From the human T2T-CHM13v2.0 reference genome, Homo sapiens, in NCBI RefSeq assembly GCF_009914755.1, contig NC_060925.1: a DNA stretch of 64,000 nt; one strand, 5' to 3'. The notes beneath the pieces are model-generated. The model was not told the origin of the DNA. It ran no database searches and saw nothing but the letters and a program-made list of their open reading frames with translations. Positions 1-13,275 of the stretch are shown here, in pieces. Numbering within the stretch: the stretch's first letter is position 1; every line of letters starts with the position of its first letter. The position numbers were made by a program, and so were the translations under genes.

Positions 1-59
1 TTGGCTCAACTGCCAGTTTTGGAACCATGACTAGGATGATTTTATCAGCATCATTTACA

Positions 60-185
60 AAGATTTAAACAATGACAGATTCCTGGGTTCTTCTTTAGAG
101 GTTATGATTCTGTATGTATAGGGAGGATGCCCTGAAATTTGTATTTTTAGAAAAGATTCTAATGTGAAATCAGTTTGAAATCAAT
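60..185. mobile_element. MER5-like hAT-Charlie fragment (degraded)
   Basis: cagattcctggg...gattctgta...gaaatttgtattttta...gtttgaaa resembles the MER5 core. Confidence 0.5.
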
Positions 186-612
186 AGTCTATGTCCTTCT
201 GTTTGCACTTGGATATTTGCCTGGGGAAAGATGGAGTCACGTGCTCTTGGACCTGATGCCATGTTGGTGAGACACCGGGACCTCGAAAATCCTCTAAATG
301 GTTTTACAGGAACTTTTACATGAGCCACGGTCATCCTTAAGCAATCTCTATGTTTCCTGGGCACTTTTCTCATCCCATTTAGCTTTTCAAGGGAAGCCTT
401 TCAATCTCATCTAACTGCTCTCAGGAAGAGAAATCAGTTCTGCATGAAAAAGACAGTTTTTTATTCCTTTATTTCTACCATTAAAATCTACCACCCCACT
501 TCCTCTCAGGATCATAGTCTCATTGCATATCCTTTCTTGTGACCTTGCTGCATGCTCATACTTTCCTTTGAAGGCTCCAGAATTGGGGGATATGAGGCTT
601 AAATTGTAAAAC

Positions 613-1192
<580 letters not shown>

Positions 1193-1634
1193 CTATAAGG
1201 ATCCCAGACTCACCTCTGTCTCAAGTATGGGTGAGGAGAGGATGAACACCAGAGAAGTTAAACTATTTCCAAGTTAACAGCTGGGTTATCTGTTCTTAAA
1301 GCCATGGGACAATTATGGAGGTTCAATAAGTAGCTGTTAGACCATCTAGGCAATACCTAATGTAACAGGTCTGGAAACTGCTGGCCTGATCACCTTGCGT
1401 AGGAACTATAGCTGAATATTTTGAGTAGCTTCTGCTATTAAAAAGACTGCAGAATAAGAAGCTTGTGCCAGACTATGGGTCAGGAGCCATCAAAGGTGCT
1501 TTATTTTCAGTAAGAAGACATTGAGGAATCTTTGTTAAGAATCCAGATTGATCTCACAAAACCATTCCAATGGAATATATTCTGATATAAAAAATTCCTT
1601 TTAAAAATTACTTGAATGTAATTTGGAGTAAAGG

Positions 1635-1850
1635 GTAATGGCTAAGATCATAGACTCAGAAGGAGTTGGATAAACCTCAATTTGGTTCCTGGCTCTGCTA
1701 CTTGTTAGTTGTGTGCCCCTGGGCAAGTTACTTAACCTCTCCTTGTTTCAGTTGCCTCATCAGTTAAATGGGGAGAAAAATAGAATCTACCTACTGATGT
1801 CATGAGGACTGAATGAAAGAACATGAAGTATTTGGCAGGGTGCATTGCAG
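1635..1850 (+). mobile_element. MIR
   Basis: MIR core: cctggctctgctactt...gggcaagttacttaacctct...cagttgcctcatc. Confidence 0.85.
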
Positions 1851-2409
1851 AATAACAATCACAGCCTCATGATAGTTACTGGCATCACATCAGATCCCAG
1901 ATGTATGTTCAAACAGTGGACTCATTTTTATCTCAGTTGGGTTTGAGAATGTGTCTTAACCATGAGTATTGTGCCACAATGTTCTTGAGACATTGATTAG
2001 GCAAAACAGAGAATGGCCAGGGAGACTGGCCAGTCCTCTCCTTTGAACCCAGTTCATTGCTCTTGAGTTCAAAGATAAGGAGTAATCTCGCTCAACCATT
2101 GTTGAAGTCTCTCCTGCTGGTCTTGGATGAGGACCAAGTCCTCATTTATATTCATGTATGCAGACCACATTATAAGTACACATATTTATATCACAGTCAC
2201 CTATTTATGTCACGGGAGTTAAACTTTGATGACCCTTTGGTGGGGCTGGATCAAGTTGGATGGAGATAAGATCTAAGTTATACAGGGCCTTGAGGGCAGA
2301 CTGGCTCTTTTAGTATCTTTACATTAATCCATCGATGAGGATATTTTCTCCACAAGGACTTGACAAGGATTTTTTCACTCAAAAAACATTTTAGACCCAC
2401 CAATAATAA

Positions 2410-2560
2410 TAAGTTAACTCATTTAATGATCACAGCAACCTGTCAGGTAGATACTATTATCCCCATTTTGAAGATGAGGAAACTAAGGCACTGAGAGGTG
2501 AAATAATTTTCCCAAGGCCACACAACTAGTAAACGAATTAAAGCACGGGGCCAGATTCTG
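2410..2560 (-). mobile_element. MIR
   Basis: Antisense core: ccccattttgaagatgaggaaactaaggcactgagaggtgaa. Confidence 0.85.
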
Positions 2561-4569
2561 AGAGAGTGTAAGGCAGCAGCGTTAGAACCATCTCTTTTGG
2601 ATCTAACTGGTTTTTGGCTTGTTGTTCTTCTTGTGGAGGTTTTGGTGGATGGAAGGTGGGAGAAGCATCTCTTAAGGACTCACCAGATCATTAAAAAAAG
2701 GCAGTGGTGATTCTTCTTTGGCCTTCACAGCATCACAGCAGTGAAGAAAATTGTATAGCAGACTCTCTGCTCACCAGGCTAGCAGGCAAGCATCCCTAGG
2801 AAATTGCACCCCCTGACTTAGAGGACTGCCTTGGGAAGGGAGAGGTTTAGGGAGGAGACAGTGTGATTCCAGGGCAAGAGGCTATGTGTACCCTTGGGCA
2901 TTCTTGTAGGTATTTGCTGGGTAATTTTAAGGGGACTGGCTTAGAGAAATGTAATGAATAAAGGAGGGTCCTCTCATGGTCTGTTAATTCCTTGCACTTT
3001 TCTTCTTGTCAGTCATCTACAATATTCAGTACTTAACAAGTTTGAAGCTTCTATAGAAAAAGTTTGAATACCTTGCTTTCTGCATGGAATTTAGGAAATT
3101 CCCTTCTCCAAGCACTGCAGTCAGGAAGCCTCAGCATGCAAGGTAAAATACACTAACTTGATTTGTAACATTGACTGTCCTTGTTGTATTCCCCACATTT
3201 ATAGCACATCAATCTTAAAGCATAGAAAGTTAGAAAAGAATTATATTCACAAGCTTGGATTTGAAGTTTTAGCCTGTAGAAGAGAAATACACAGGGAAGT
3301 GTCCGAGGATAAGAGCCCCTTTCCCCCTCCCTCTGGCCACAGAGTGGCATTTCCAGCTGCCTGACAACCTCTGTAGCCTAGTGTTGAACACTGGTGCTCA
3401 CCAGCTGCTGCTGGAGAGAAGCCGGCTGGTGGGGGAGGGGTCTGTGTGGAGAGCAGCCTCCTCCCCATGTCCTGCAGTCCACACCTACCTCTCTCGACCT
3501 GTAACTGGGCCTCCTCCGTGCCCAGCTTGGCTTGGCAGTATTGCTCTGTGCAACAGTCTCCAAGAAGTCTCTATGCCTCCCCAGCTCCTGGGGCACCCGA
3601 AAGGGCAGCGCTGGATAAGTCTCAGTAACACAGAGCAGCCCTGGGGAGAGGGCCGCTCCATGGCTTTTGGGCAGGCTGACCTGGAATGAGCTGGCAGGCC
3701 TGATTCCAGTCCTGAGGGACAGGTACCCACATCAGGAAACCACCATCCTAACTGGCCCCATTTTTGGCAGTCCGAACTGAGAGGCTAAGCAGGGAAAGGA
3801 GAATGTAGAATTCCACCCCACCTTAAGGGAAGGCAAGTAGGTGGTGGGGCATGGAGGCGGGAAGGCTGGAAGGGCCAGGTGGGGAAGGGGATAGGCAGGG
3901 GACATCATGAGCACCGGGAGCTGTCTGCTGGGCAAGGTCTGCCCTTACAGATGCTCATCCTGTACCTCTTTCTACACTCTTGAGGGGCATACACATTTCA
4001 CAGAGAATGGATGAAGGAAAATATTTTCTTTCTCCAGCAGTAATTTCCTTCCATGACACTAGTTAGGACCACCCCTTCTCCCTCTCCCCACCCCTCCCTC
4101 AGGCTCTTGCCATCTTGCCAGCAAGGAAAATCCTACGTTCATACCTGGAATCATAGACCAGACCAGACGAAAACACTAAAGCCAGTCACCCGACTGTGCA
4201 CATATTCTCCACCTTCCCACAGCAGCCACCTTCAACGCCTCTCCTGGGCGTACCTGTGACTGCATCTGGGAGTACTCCTCTCTCCTAGGCCTGCACCTCC
4301 ACCCCACAGTGCTTTCCTCTTGTCACCTCGTTCTGCCCTTGGCCTACCTGCACCACCCACTCTATTAATGGAGCAGGATTGTGAAAGAGGGGAGGGTTTC
4401 TGAAAATAAGTTTGAACGTAAAGTGACGAAGAGGGAAGAGAAGCTTTCTGAATATTGGATTAAGACTGGCTCCAAGAATATTGATATTCCCATAAGGAAG
4501 CCGTTAGTTTGCCCACTACTTTAGATTCCATGAATATTTCATTGGTTGATTTAAGCGCTGAGATTTTAA

Positions 4570-4571
<2 letters not shown>

Positions 4572-4625
<54 letters not shown>
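4572..4625. repeat. (CA)27 microsatellite
   Basis: Perfect CA run read directly. Confidence 0.99.
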
Positions 4626-4629
<4 letters not shown>

Positions 4630-5016
4630 AAGCACCTTTTTGGCAACAGGGCCATCGTGCTGTCCTCCTATGCCGGGGCCTTCGACATGGCTCTGGAGTG
4701 ATGCCGTGTGGCAGCTTTGAGACGGAATAGTCTGTCTACCTCACAAAGATCTAAATTTATATCCAACCAGGGACATCTAGTGTGGCCAGGGCAAGGTTTC
4801 CAGGAGAAAAACAGTGGTTTAACATGCACTTGTGACTGACTCAGGAAGTAGATTTCCTCAGCTACCCATTGCTGAGGTGACCAGTTGTCAAATTAGCTTA
4901 TTCTCTGCTGCAGACTTCATCAAAGGGGCAAATCAGTTTTAATCCTAGCATTTGGGGCTAAGATAAAAATCAAGGCTATGACTTATACTCCTCTGATCTT
5001 GGACAAGAATAGATGC

Positions 5017-5334
<318 letters not shown>

Positions 5335-5789
5335 ACAAGAATAGATGCATTTAAAAGGTTCTATCTGTACACATTTCCTAATTAATACCAAAACAAAGAG
5401 TTTTTCTAATTCCTTTGATCACAATGCCACACCACTCTGAAATTCTCTTTTCTTCACTGTGAAAAAATCTCACTGCATAGAGGTAAAAGAGGACAGCCAT
5501 TCAACGCAATTCAGAAAAGTCTCCCAATCATACTGAAATCTATTAGTCCAAATCCTTTTCTTCCCTAAGCCGAATAATGGCAGTCTTTAGGTGTTCTGTG
5601 TAAATGTCAGTCATAATGAATGCAGCTGCTTTTATTAGAGGAGAGTTTGATATAGTGGCAAGTACTGTTTATTTAGAGTTAGGAGACCTGTCTTATAGAT
5701 TCAACTTCATCATGGATACTTTGGGCGAGTCACTAAACTCATCAATTGTTTTTACTTCTATAGTCGCTAATTGAACATTGTTACTATTT

Positions 5790-6330
5790 TGCTCTTAACT
5801 TTTTGGTTGTAAGTGAAGATCATTAAATTCCAACGGGCATGAACAGGAAAAATGAGGTTTTTAATGTAACCAAAAAGCCCAGGGACAGCTTCAGGCTCAG
5901 CTAAATACAAGGATCACTGAAATACCATAAGAATTTGTTATTTTTTTCCTGGCTCTGTTTTCTCTGTGTTGGCTTTATTTTCAGGCAGACTCTACCTTTT
6001 TGGTGGCAAGATGACTGCTAGTATCTCTGGGCTTATAGCCTATCTTCTCAGCTTGATGTTCAGTAGGGAAATAATTCCTCTTTCCCAGATGCTCCAGTAA
6101 AAGTCTTTGGTTTGAATCTTATTGGACCAACTTGGGTTATGTGCTCATCATCCCTGAACTGATCACAGTAACCAAGAAGTGTGGCACTCTGACCAGGCTT
6201 AGGTCACATGCCCTGCTCTGGGTTCAAACCTACCCAACTACATGTAATGAGGGAGGAGGATGGGGGCATCCTAAGGAAAATCAGAGCTCTAGTACCATGA
6301 ATTGAGGGCAAGATGCTGCATGGTAAAGGT
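5790..6330 (-). mobile_element. MaLR LTR (MLT1K-like)
   Basis: ttggttgtaagtga start, ggctttattttcaggcagactct, ggtcacatgccc motifs. Confidence 0.7.
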
Positions 6331-6339
6331 GACGGATGC

Positions 6340-6540
6340 CCTTTTCAAGGTTACCAAATGTCCTCCATGTGGCTGAAGAGCATGGTGAATTCTCATTCCT
6401 CCTCGTACATGATCATCAGTGCCATTGGACATACTGGATCACTTCTCTAGTCTTGCCATGTTTTCTATACTTGGGATTCCAGGTCCCCTACCTGTCTTTG
6501 TCCTTTGCTGACTGCTCCTTTGCTGGTTCTTTTTCCCTCT
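6340..6540 (+). mobile_element. L2 fragment (first piece of a split L2)
   Basis: caaggttaccaaatgtcctccatgtggc...tgactgctcctttgctgg resembles L2. Confidence 0.7.
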
Positions 6541-6547
6541 CTGTGAC

Positions 6548-7225
<678 letters not shown>

Positions 7226-7234
7226 TGAACCTAG

Positions 7235-7464
7235 TCTTCAGTAAATAGCAACTCTACCTTTGCAGTTGCTCAGGCCAAAACAGTGAAGTAAACCTTTCTT
7301 TAATATTTCATATTTAACCTGAAAGCAAATTGTATTGGTTCTACATACAGAATATACCCAGAATTGGACCACATCCACTACTACCTCCCTGGTCCAACCC
7401 ATCTTTATCTCTCACCTAGACACTGGCATTGTCTCCTGACTAGATTTCCTGCTTTGGCACTTTT
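7235..7464 (+). mobile_element. L2 fragment (second piece)
   Basis: cagttgctcaggccaaaa...ctggtccaacccatc...tctcacctagac. Confidence 0.75.
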
Positions 7465-8452
7465 GTCTCAACACTTTAATTTCAATCCGTTCTCCTCCTA
7501 TGTGCATAGTTTCTGAGGACATGTCAGATGCAGTTTCTATCTTTGCTCTTTTGTAGGTAACATGTTTTTCCCCCTCTGGATTCTTTCAGGACTTTTCTTT
7601 GCCTTTGATATTCTGCAGTTTGAAAATAATATATATGTGTATGTGTAGTTTTTTTCTGGCATTTGTCCTTCTTACTATTCTCTGAGCTTCCTGGATCTGT
7701 CGTTTAATGTGTGACACTAATTTTGGGGAAATTACCAGTCAGTCTTTCAAATATGTTTTCTGCTCCTTTCTCTTTCACTTCTCTGGATATTTTCATTATG
7801 CATATGTTACACTTTTTGTAGTTGTCCTACAGTTCTTTGATAGTCTGTTCAGGTTTTATTTTCAGCCATTTTTCTGTTTGCTTTGCAGTTCAGAAATTTC
7901 TATTGATATTTCATCAAGCTCGGGGATTCTTTCCTCAGCCATGTCTAGTCTACTGTTAAGCCCTTCAAAGGCATTCTTCATTTCCCTTAGTGTTTTTGAT
8001 TTCTAGCATTTCTTCTTGGTCGTTTCTTAAAACTTTCATCTCTCTACATCTCTACATTACCTGTCTGTTCTTGCATGTCATCTGTTTTATCCATTAGAAC
8101 CTTTAGCTTATTAATCATAATTGTATTAAATTCCCAGTCTGGTAATTCCAACTCTGCCATATCTGAGTGTGGTTTTTATTCCTGATCTGTCTCTTTAGAC
8201 TGTGCTTTTTGAGTTTTCACTTCTTTCCTGCCCCAGCACCAGTTTCTATGGCGGTTTCTGCTCTGGCAAGTTATGAGTCTCTATATTCACCTATCAGTCT
8301 CTCCAATTTAAGGGGCAATGGTTTGCTCTGTGGCTCCACTTCTCTTAGAAGTAAAAAGAGTTGTTGATTTTTCAAGTTGTTCCACTTTTTACTTGTTAGT
8401 ACAGAGTGACAACTTCCAAGCTTCCCACATGCTGGACTGGGAAACAGAAATC
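7465..8452 (-). mobile_element. Ancient L1M 5' UTR/ORF1 fragment
   Basis: T-rich antisense ORF1-like sequence (ctgagcttcctggatctgt, attctttcctcagccatgtctagtc) ending in an L1M 5'-end motif acttccaagcttcccacatgctggactgggaaacagaaatc. Confidence 0.8.
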
Positions 8453-8464
8453 TTCTGGCCTTTT

Positions 8465-9040
8465 TATTACCACAATCTCAGCATCAGCAAGGCAGCTAAA
8501 GTGTCCTTGTAAAAATATAAGATAGATTACATCAGTCTTCTGCTTAAAGCCCTCCAGTGATTTCCATCTCACTCAGAGTAAAAGTCCTTATTAATAATGG
8601 CTTTCAAGTCCCTAATGATGTGTCTCCCCATTACGTCTCTGATCTCATCTTTTTTCTTCTGTGTCACTCCATTCTAGCCATGCTGGACTTCTTGCTATTT
8701 CTCAAATGCTCCAGCCATATAACTTTTCAGATCTTTGCACCTATGCTTCCCTGTGCCTAGAAGCCACATGATTCACTCTCCCACTCTTTCAATTATTTGC
8801 TTGTATATCACCTACTCAGGGAAGCATTTTCTTATAACCATATTTGGACATATATATTTTTAAAGAATTGTTCACCGACTTTATTTTCTTCATAGCACTT
8901 ACCACTCCTGGCATTATATATATATAGTTTATTATCTATTTCCTACCACCCTACTGAAATACATAGATATAAGCTGCAAGAGAGCAGGATTTTTGTTTAT
9001 TTTGCCACTGATGCATTCTTAATGCCTGTCATATAGTAGG
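8465..9040 (+). mobile_element. L2 3' region (third piece; last bases resume at 9605-9640)
   Basis: ctgcttaaagccctccagtg...ataagctgcaagagagcagg...atagtagg | gtgctcaaaaata. Confidence 0.85.
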
Positions 9041-9604
9041 CGGGGGGAGGAAAAATTTATCCTCTATCTTCTTAAATTCAGTGATTGGGAATTTGAAAAT
9101 TAAACTGACAAAAGACAGATTAACAAGAGGAAAGGCATACAGCTTTCATTGATGTTAATCTTTTTATATACATGAAATTTCACAGAAAAGAAGTGAAAAC
9201 TCAAAGAAGCATTTAGACTTGGAGGCTTATGTACAAAGGGCAATAAATTGTGGAGGAGTGACTACACAAAGGAAAGGGGATTTGGGCTTCTAGGGGTGAT
9301 AAATTGTGGGAAAATGACTAGGAAATATATGGAAGAAACTAATGGAAGTTAAGGGTTATTTTAGTAAGGTTTGTTTATATAAATTCATCTTGGTGTGACT
9401 CCCTGTCTCCAGTGATGAATCAGTCTCTTCTTCCTTGTACCGTGAGGTACCCTCCTCAAAGGGAAATTTATGCCCTGCTTTTAGGCAGATAAAGGAAAGA
9501 TAGAGAACTTTTCTTGCATCTCTTGTTTATCAATTGCCTTTAGTTCAAAATAATCCTTATGCCAAAGTAGCATGTTTTGGAGTGGCATATCTCGATCTCC
9601 TTCA
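9041..9604 (-). mobile_element. ERV1 solo LTR (MER34-like)
   Basis: Reverse complement starts tgaaggagatcgagatatgccactccaaaacatgctactttggcataagg; it splits the L2 terminus; possible 4-bp TSD tagg/tggg. Confidence 0.8.
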
Positions 9605-9647
9605 TGGGTGCTCAAAAATACTTTTAAAAAATCAAAGAATTAATGTC

Positions 9648-10230
9648 TTCTTTACTAATATGTGTGAGAATCTGTGCCAGAGCCTGGGATATTTTAGAGA
9701 TGGTATAACACATAGCCCTTGACCTCAAGGAGTATACAATCTAGTAAGGATGCTTAGACAGGTACAGACATCTCTACAGTGCACTGTAGAATATGTACAA
9801 CAAGAGAAGTTCTTGGCATCAAGTGTTACTGAGATTTGGAAGTTAGAGAAATTGTATCAACTTTATGAAATTAAGAAAGACTTCACAAAGAAAGTGGCAT
9901 TTGAGTGAAATCTTAATTCTCTAGGTGGGGAGCAAACTGAGGGCTTTCAAATGGAGGAAAATCACAAGCACAGGCCTAGATGCAGGAAAGCTCAGGTACT
10001 TTTTGAAACCAGGTGAGCAGTCCACTGTGGGGTATGCCTATAGGCATGGATCCAGCAAAGGACGATGAGAGGGAGAGGCACAATGGGACTAGATTGTGGT
10101 TGGTCTTAAATGCGAGCATGAAAAAAAGCACACTTGAAGTTCAGGAGGTCTTGGAGAGCCCGTGAGGACTTCTGAAGAAGGAGGCTTTGTAATTAGATAG
10201 CTCGATAGTGTTTACAGGTGTAGGGAAAGG
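9648..10230 (-). mobile_element. L2
   Basis: tgtgccaga...cccttgacctcaaggagtatacaatctagt...gacttcacaaagaaagtggcatttgag. Confidence 0.75.
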
Positions 10231-10974
10231 AGCTAATGTGAGAGGGGGAAGTGGGTGGATTTAAAAAAAAAAAGGAAACAATTGAAGTGAAACCAAATCT
10301 GGAAAAACTGTGAAGTATGAGATTAAGAACCAGGAAAACATGGCCAAAAGGGCCTCCACAGATCCTCAAAAAAGGAGAGAGCTGAAAAGTCCTCTTCTCT
10401 CCCTCAGTCCAGCACCCTCAGATAATTTGACATCAACTATTTAAAAACGTATCTTATAAAATATGGATAAATGTAATTATTAAGAATCAGCAAAATAAGC
10501 AATTCTAAAAAGGTGGCCCTCTGTGTCAATAGTGGCTGGGTTGCTGGTCAAGGCCATCTTGACCAAAGTCTACCCTAGAGACATCATTCCATGTGCACTC
10601 CTCTGAAACAGGCTCTACCTCCAGCAACATTCAGAAAGCCTGCAGCTTCCAAATCTCCACATCTTCCCCAGAGCCTACCTTCTCACTGTGGAAAACTGAC
10701 TCCTGGAAGACCTGATGACCTTGCTACTGTTCTTTGCTAGAGTTGGTTTGATTTTGGCAACCTTGGCCAGGTACTCAGAATCCAACTGGGAAGTGAGTTG
10801 TTGAATTTCCAAAGTAAAAGTCCTAAAGCATGATTAGAAATCAGAAATAGCCAAGTGGGTGGCCAGGGCTGGGGTCAGTATTGATGGAATAAACATGGCC
10901 TGTTCTGCAACAGCTAGACCTGGTGAGATAATTAGGCTGGATTGGTTCACCAAGAATTCATTGTCTTGACTCTA

Positions 10975-11115
10975 ATAAGCATTTATTGAGTGTGACTATT
11001 ACAAGGGCCTGGTCTAGGACCTTGTAGGGGTAGAGGTTGAGGCCAAAGACAAATAAAATGTGATTCCTGTTCCCCAAAAGGGTTTAGAGTCAAGTAGGGG
11101 TCAGATATGTGTAAA
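10975..11115 (-). mobile_element. L2 3' end
   Basis: aagcatttattgagtg terminal motif. Confidence 0.65.
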
Positions 11116-11749
11116 TAACACAAGAGAAGCAATAAAAGGGACAGGGAAGAAGTGAAAAATAAGATAATTGGGCCAAGGGCTGATAGTATCCAGTCTCTCA
11201 ATTTTAAACTGAAATACTGAGTTAAGAGGACACTTCTAATTTCAACAGAAACAACGAGGTTGATGTGGAAATCCTACCTGGGATTTTAGGCAGGTAAGTA
11301 GAAAAAATGGAATGGGCTGTTTTTAAATTCTGTTTTAAGGGTAAGCAGCCAAATTATCTATGGAGATATTAAACCTTCATGTTATTATTCTATTTTATCT
11401 GCATGATATTGTTGTTTCTCTAGCTGTTCTGCGTGGATAGAAAATAGGCCCAGGTAATCCTCAATTCCCAGTGTAGTTAAACTTTTGTAGGCATCTTCCC
11501 TTGTTTTTATTTTTTATTTTTTTTAAATAAGAGAATTGTAGAGCTGGTTGGGTCATAAGTCATTACTCTTATGGATGTTATAGCTTTATCCAATAATATA
11601 TGAATTGAATTGTGGAAAATAATGAGGATTTGAGATTTTACATCTATCTATCATCTATCTATCCCCATATATATTGGTTTATATAACATATAAAATTAAC
11701 TTAGAAGTATGTATAGATAAAAAATGGTTATAGTATGGGAGCCTCTGGA

Positions 11750-11995
11750 AGCAGAGTGATGGTGGAGAGGGTGTACAAGAGTGTCTTCGAAATTAGATTT
11801 GAGTACAATCTTGGCTTAGTCACTCAGCAGCTGTATGACTTAATACCAGCCCCTAACTCTCTTAGGTTCCACTTCTTCACCCTAATAATTGGGATGATAA
11901 GATTATCTACTTTATATAGGGTTCAGATGCGAAACATCCAGCACAATGGAAGGCCCATAGCAAACAGCGAGCACTTTGTAAATACTATCATTTGT
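11750..11995 (+). mobile_element. MIR
   Basis: Degraded core with aattgggatgataa and an agcactttgtaaatact tail. Confidence 0.65.
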
Positions 11996-12224
11996 TCTAC
12001 TCCTTTGTGAATGAAACATGGTTGTTCATGGGCTTGAGAGAAGTTCAGTATGGTTAGTGTATATTGGTGAAAGAAGACGCAAAGGTTTGGTTCCTCTCTC
12101 CCCCACTTCCTCCTTGTTCTCTTTTTGCCTTCTGCCATCACCTGCCCTCTCCATCAGAATCTTGGGTGCATTGTGTTAGGGTTGGGGAGGCACTGAAGTG
12201 GGAGTCTGGTTCTAGATTTAGGTA

Positions 12225-12348
12225 GAACACTGGTTCTAGTTTTAACTCTGCCACTAATGAACTGTAAAACTCTGGGCAAGTATTTTAACTTCTCTGGATC
12301 TGCGTACTCTCATCTGTATAATAAGGTTGGGGTACATGCTGTCTAATG
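12225..12348 (+). mobile_element. MIR (interrupted by a Charlie element)
   Basis: ctctgccactaa...ctgggcaagtattttaacttctctg...ctcatctgta. Confidence 0.75.
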
Positions 12349-12632
12349 CAGTGATTTTCAAACTGTGGATCACCACCCATACTTTACATAGTGACCAAGT
12401 GTGTATGCATGTGATGTGTGCCCATACGCAAACACGAGCTGTCACATTCATGAATGTAACAAAAAGATAAGTTTTATGACACAATAGTTAACACTACTAT
12501 ATATGCTATATCCTGATATTTTCTATCATGCCCTGTTCTGTTCTCTAATACATAATTTAAAAATTGCATGTTGTGGCCTGGTTAATTGATTTCAAGACCA
12601 GCCATGAGTTGGAATTGAAGTTCAAACAACTG
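12349..12632 (+). mobile_element. hAT-Charlie (Charlie4-like)
   Basis: Ends cagtgattttcaaactg / ttcaaacaactg; flanks gtctaatg / gtcttagc resemble a decayed 8-bp TSD. Confidence 0.65.
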
Positions 12633-13114
12633 GTCTTAGCACCTCCCCACTCTAATGTATGGGATTTTAATGCATAGAGGAGCTTCCCAAGGGCTGCAGT
12701 CTCCAAGGCCTTGAGTCAAATACCCTTTATGAATACTTTATAGAAAGTAGATTTCACTCAGAAGTAACATGCTTTGGAGATATTACCATATTGATCCTCT
12801 TAGTTCTCCAGAGAGGCTGGTGACACGTTATAATTGGTAGGTAAATGCCTGAAATCTGCAGCAGCTGTCCATATGTTGGAGTCCTATGGCAGCTACTGCA
12901 GATTTGGGGCAAGCTTTCTGACTATATAATCCTCTGTGTCTGCTCTCCCTGTAGAAGATCAGAATCATGTTAGGATTATTAGCTTTGTAGTCTAGGTATG
13001 TGGGTCTCCTTTTAGTGATTTATTTTTAGTGCCAAGAAATAAAAGTTGTGAAAAATTGGACAAGCTCAGGTCCATTGCTGCCTTCTCTGTAATTTGAGCT
13101 TTATATTGACCATA

Positions 13115-13275
13115 GCATCTATGGCACTAAATGAGACTTATTCGTTTATATATTTGTCTGCCCATCATTAATTCCTTAAAAGCAAGGACTGATGCTCATT
13201 CAGCTATTTATCTCTGCATCTTATCAAAGGACCTAGCATGTGGTATATATTCAATAAATATTTGTCAGATTGGTT
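13115..13275 (+). mobile_element. L2 3' end
   Basis: ttccttaaaagcaaggact...cctagca...ttcaataaatatttg. Confidence 0.75.

Noticed and set aside
3381-3935. Overlapping ORFs in the GC-richer island
   Set aside because: Expected where stop codons are rarer; no recognisable product or coherent splice structure.
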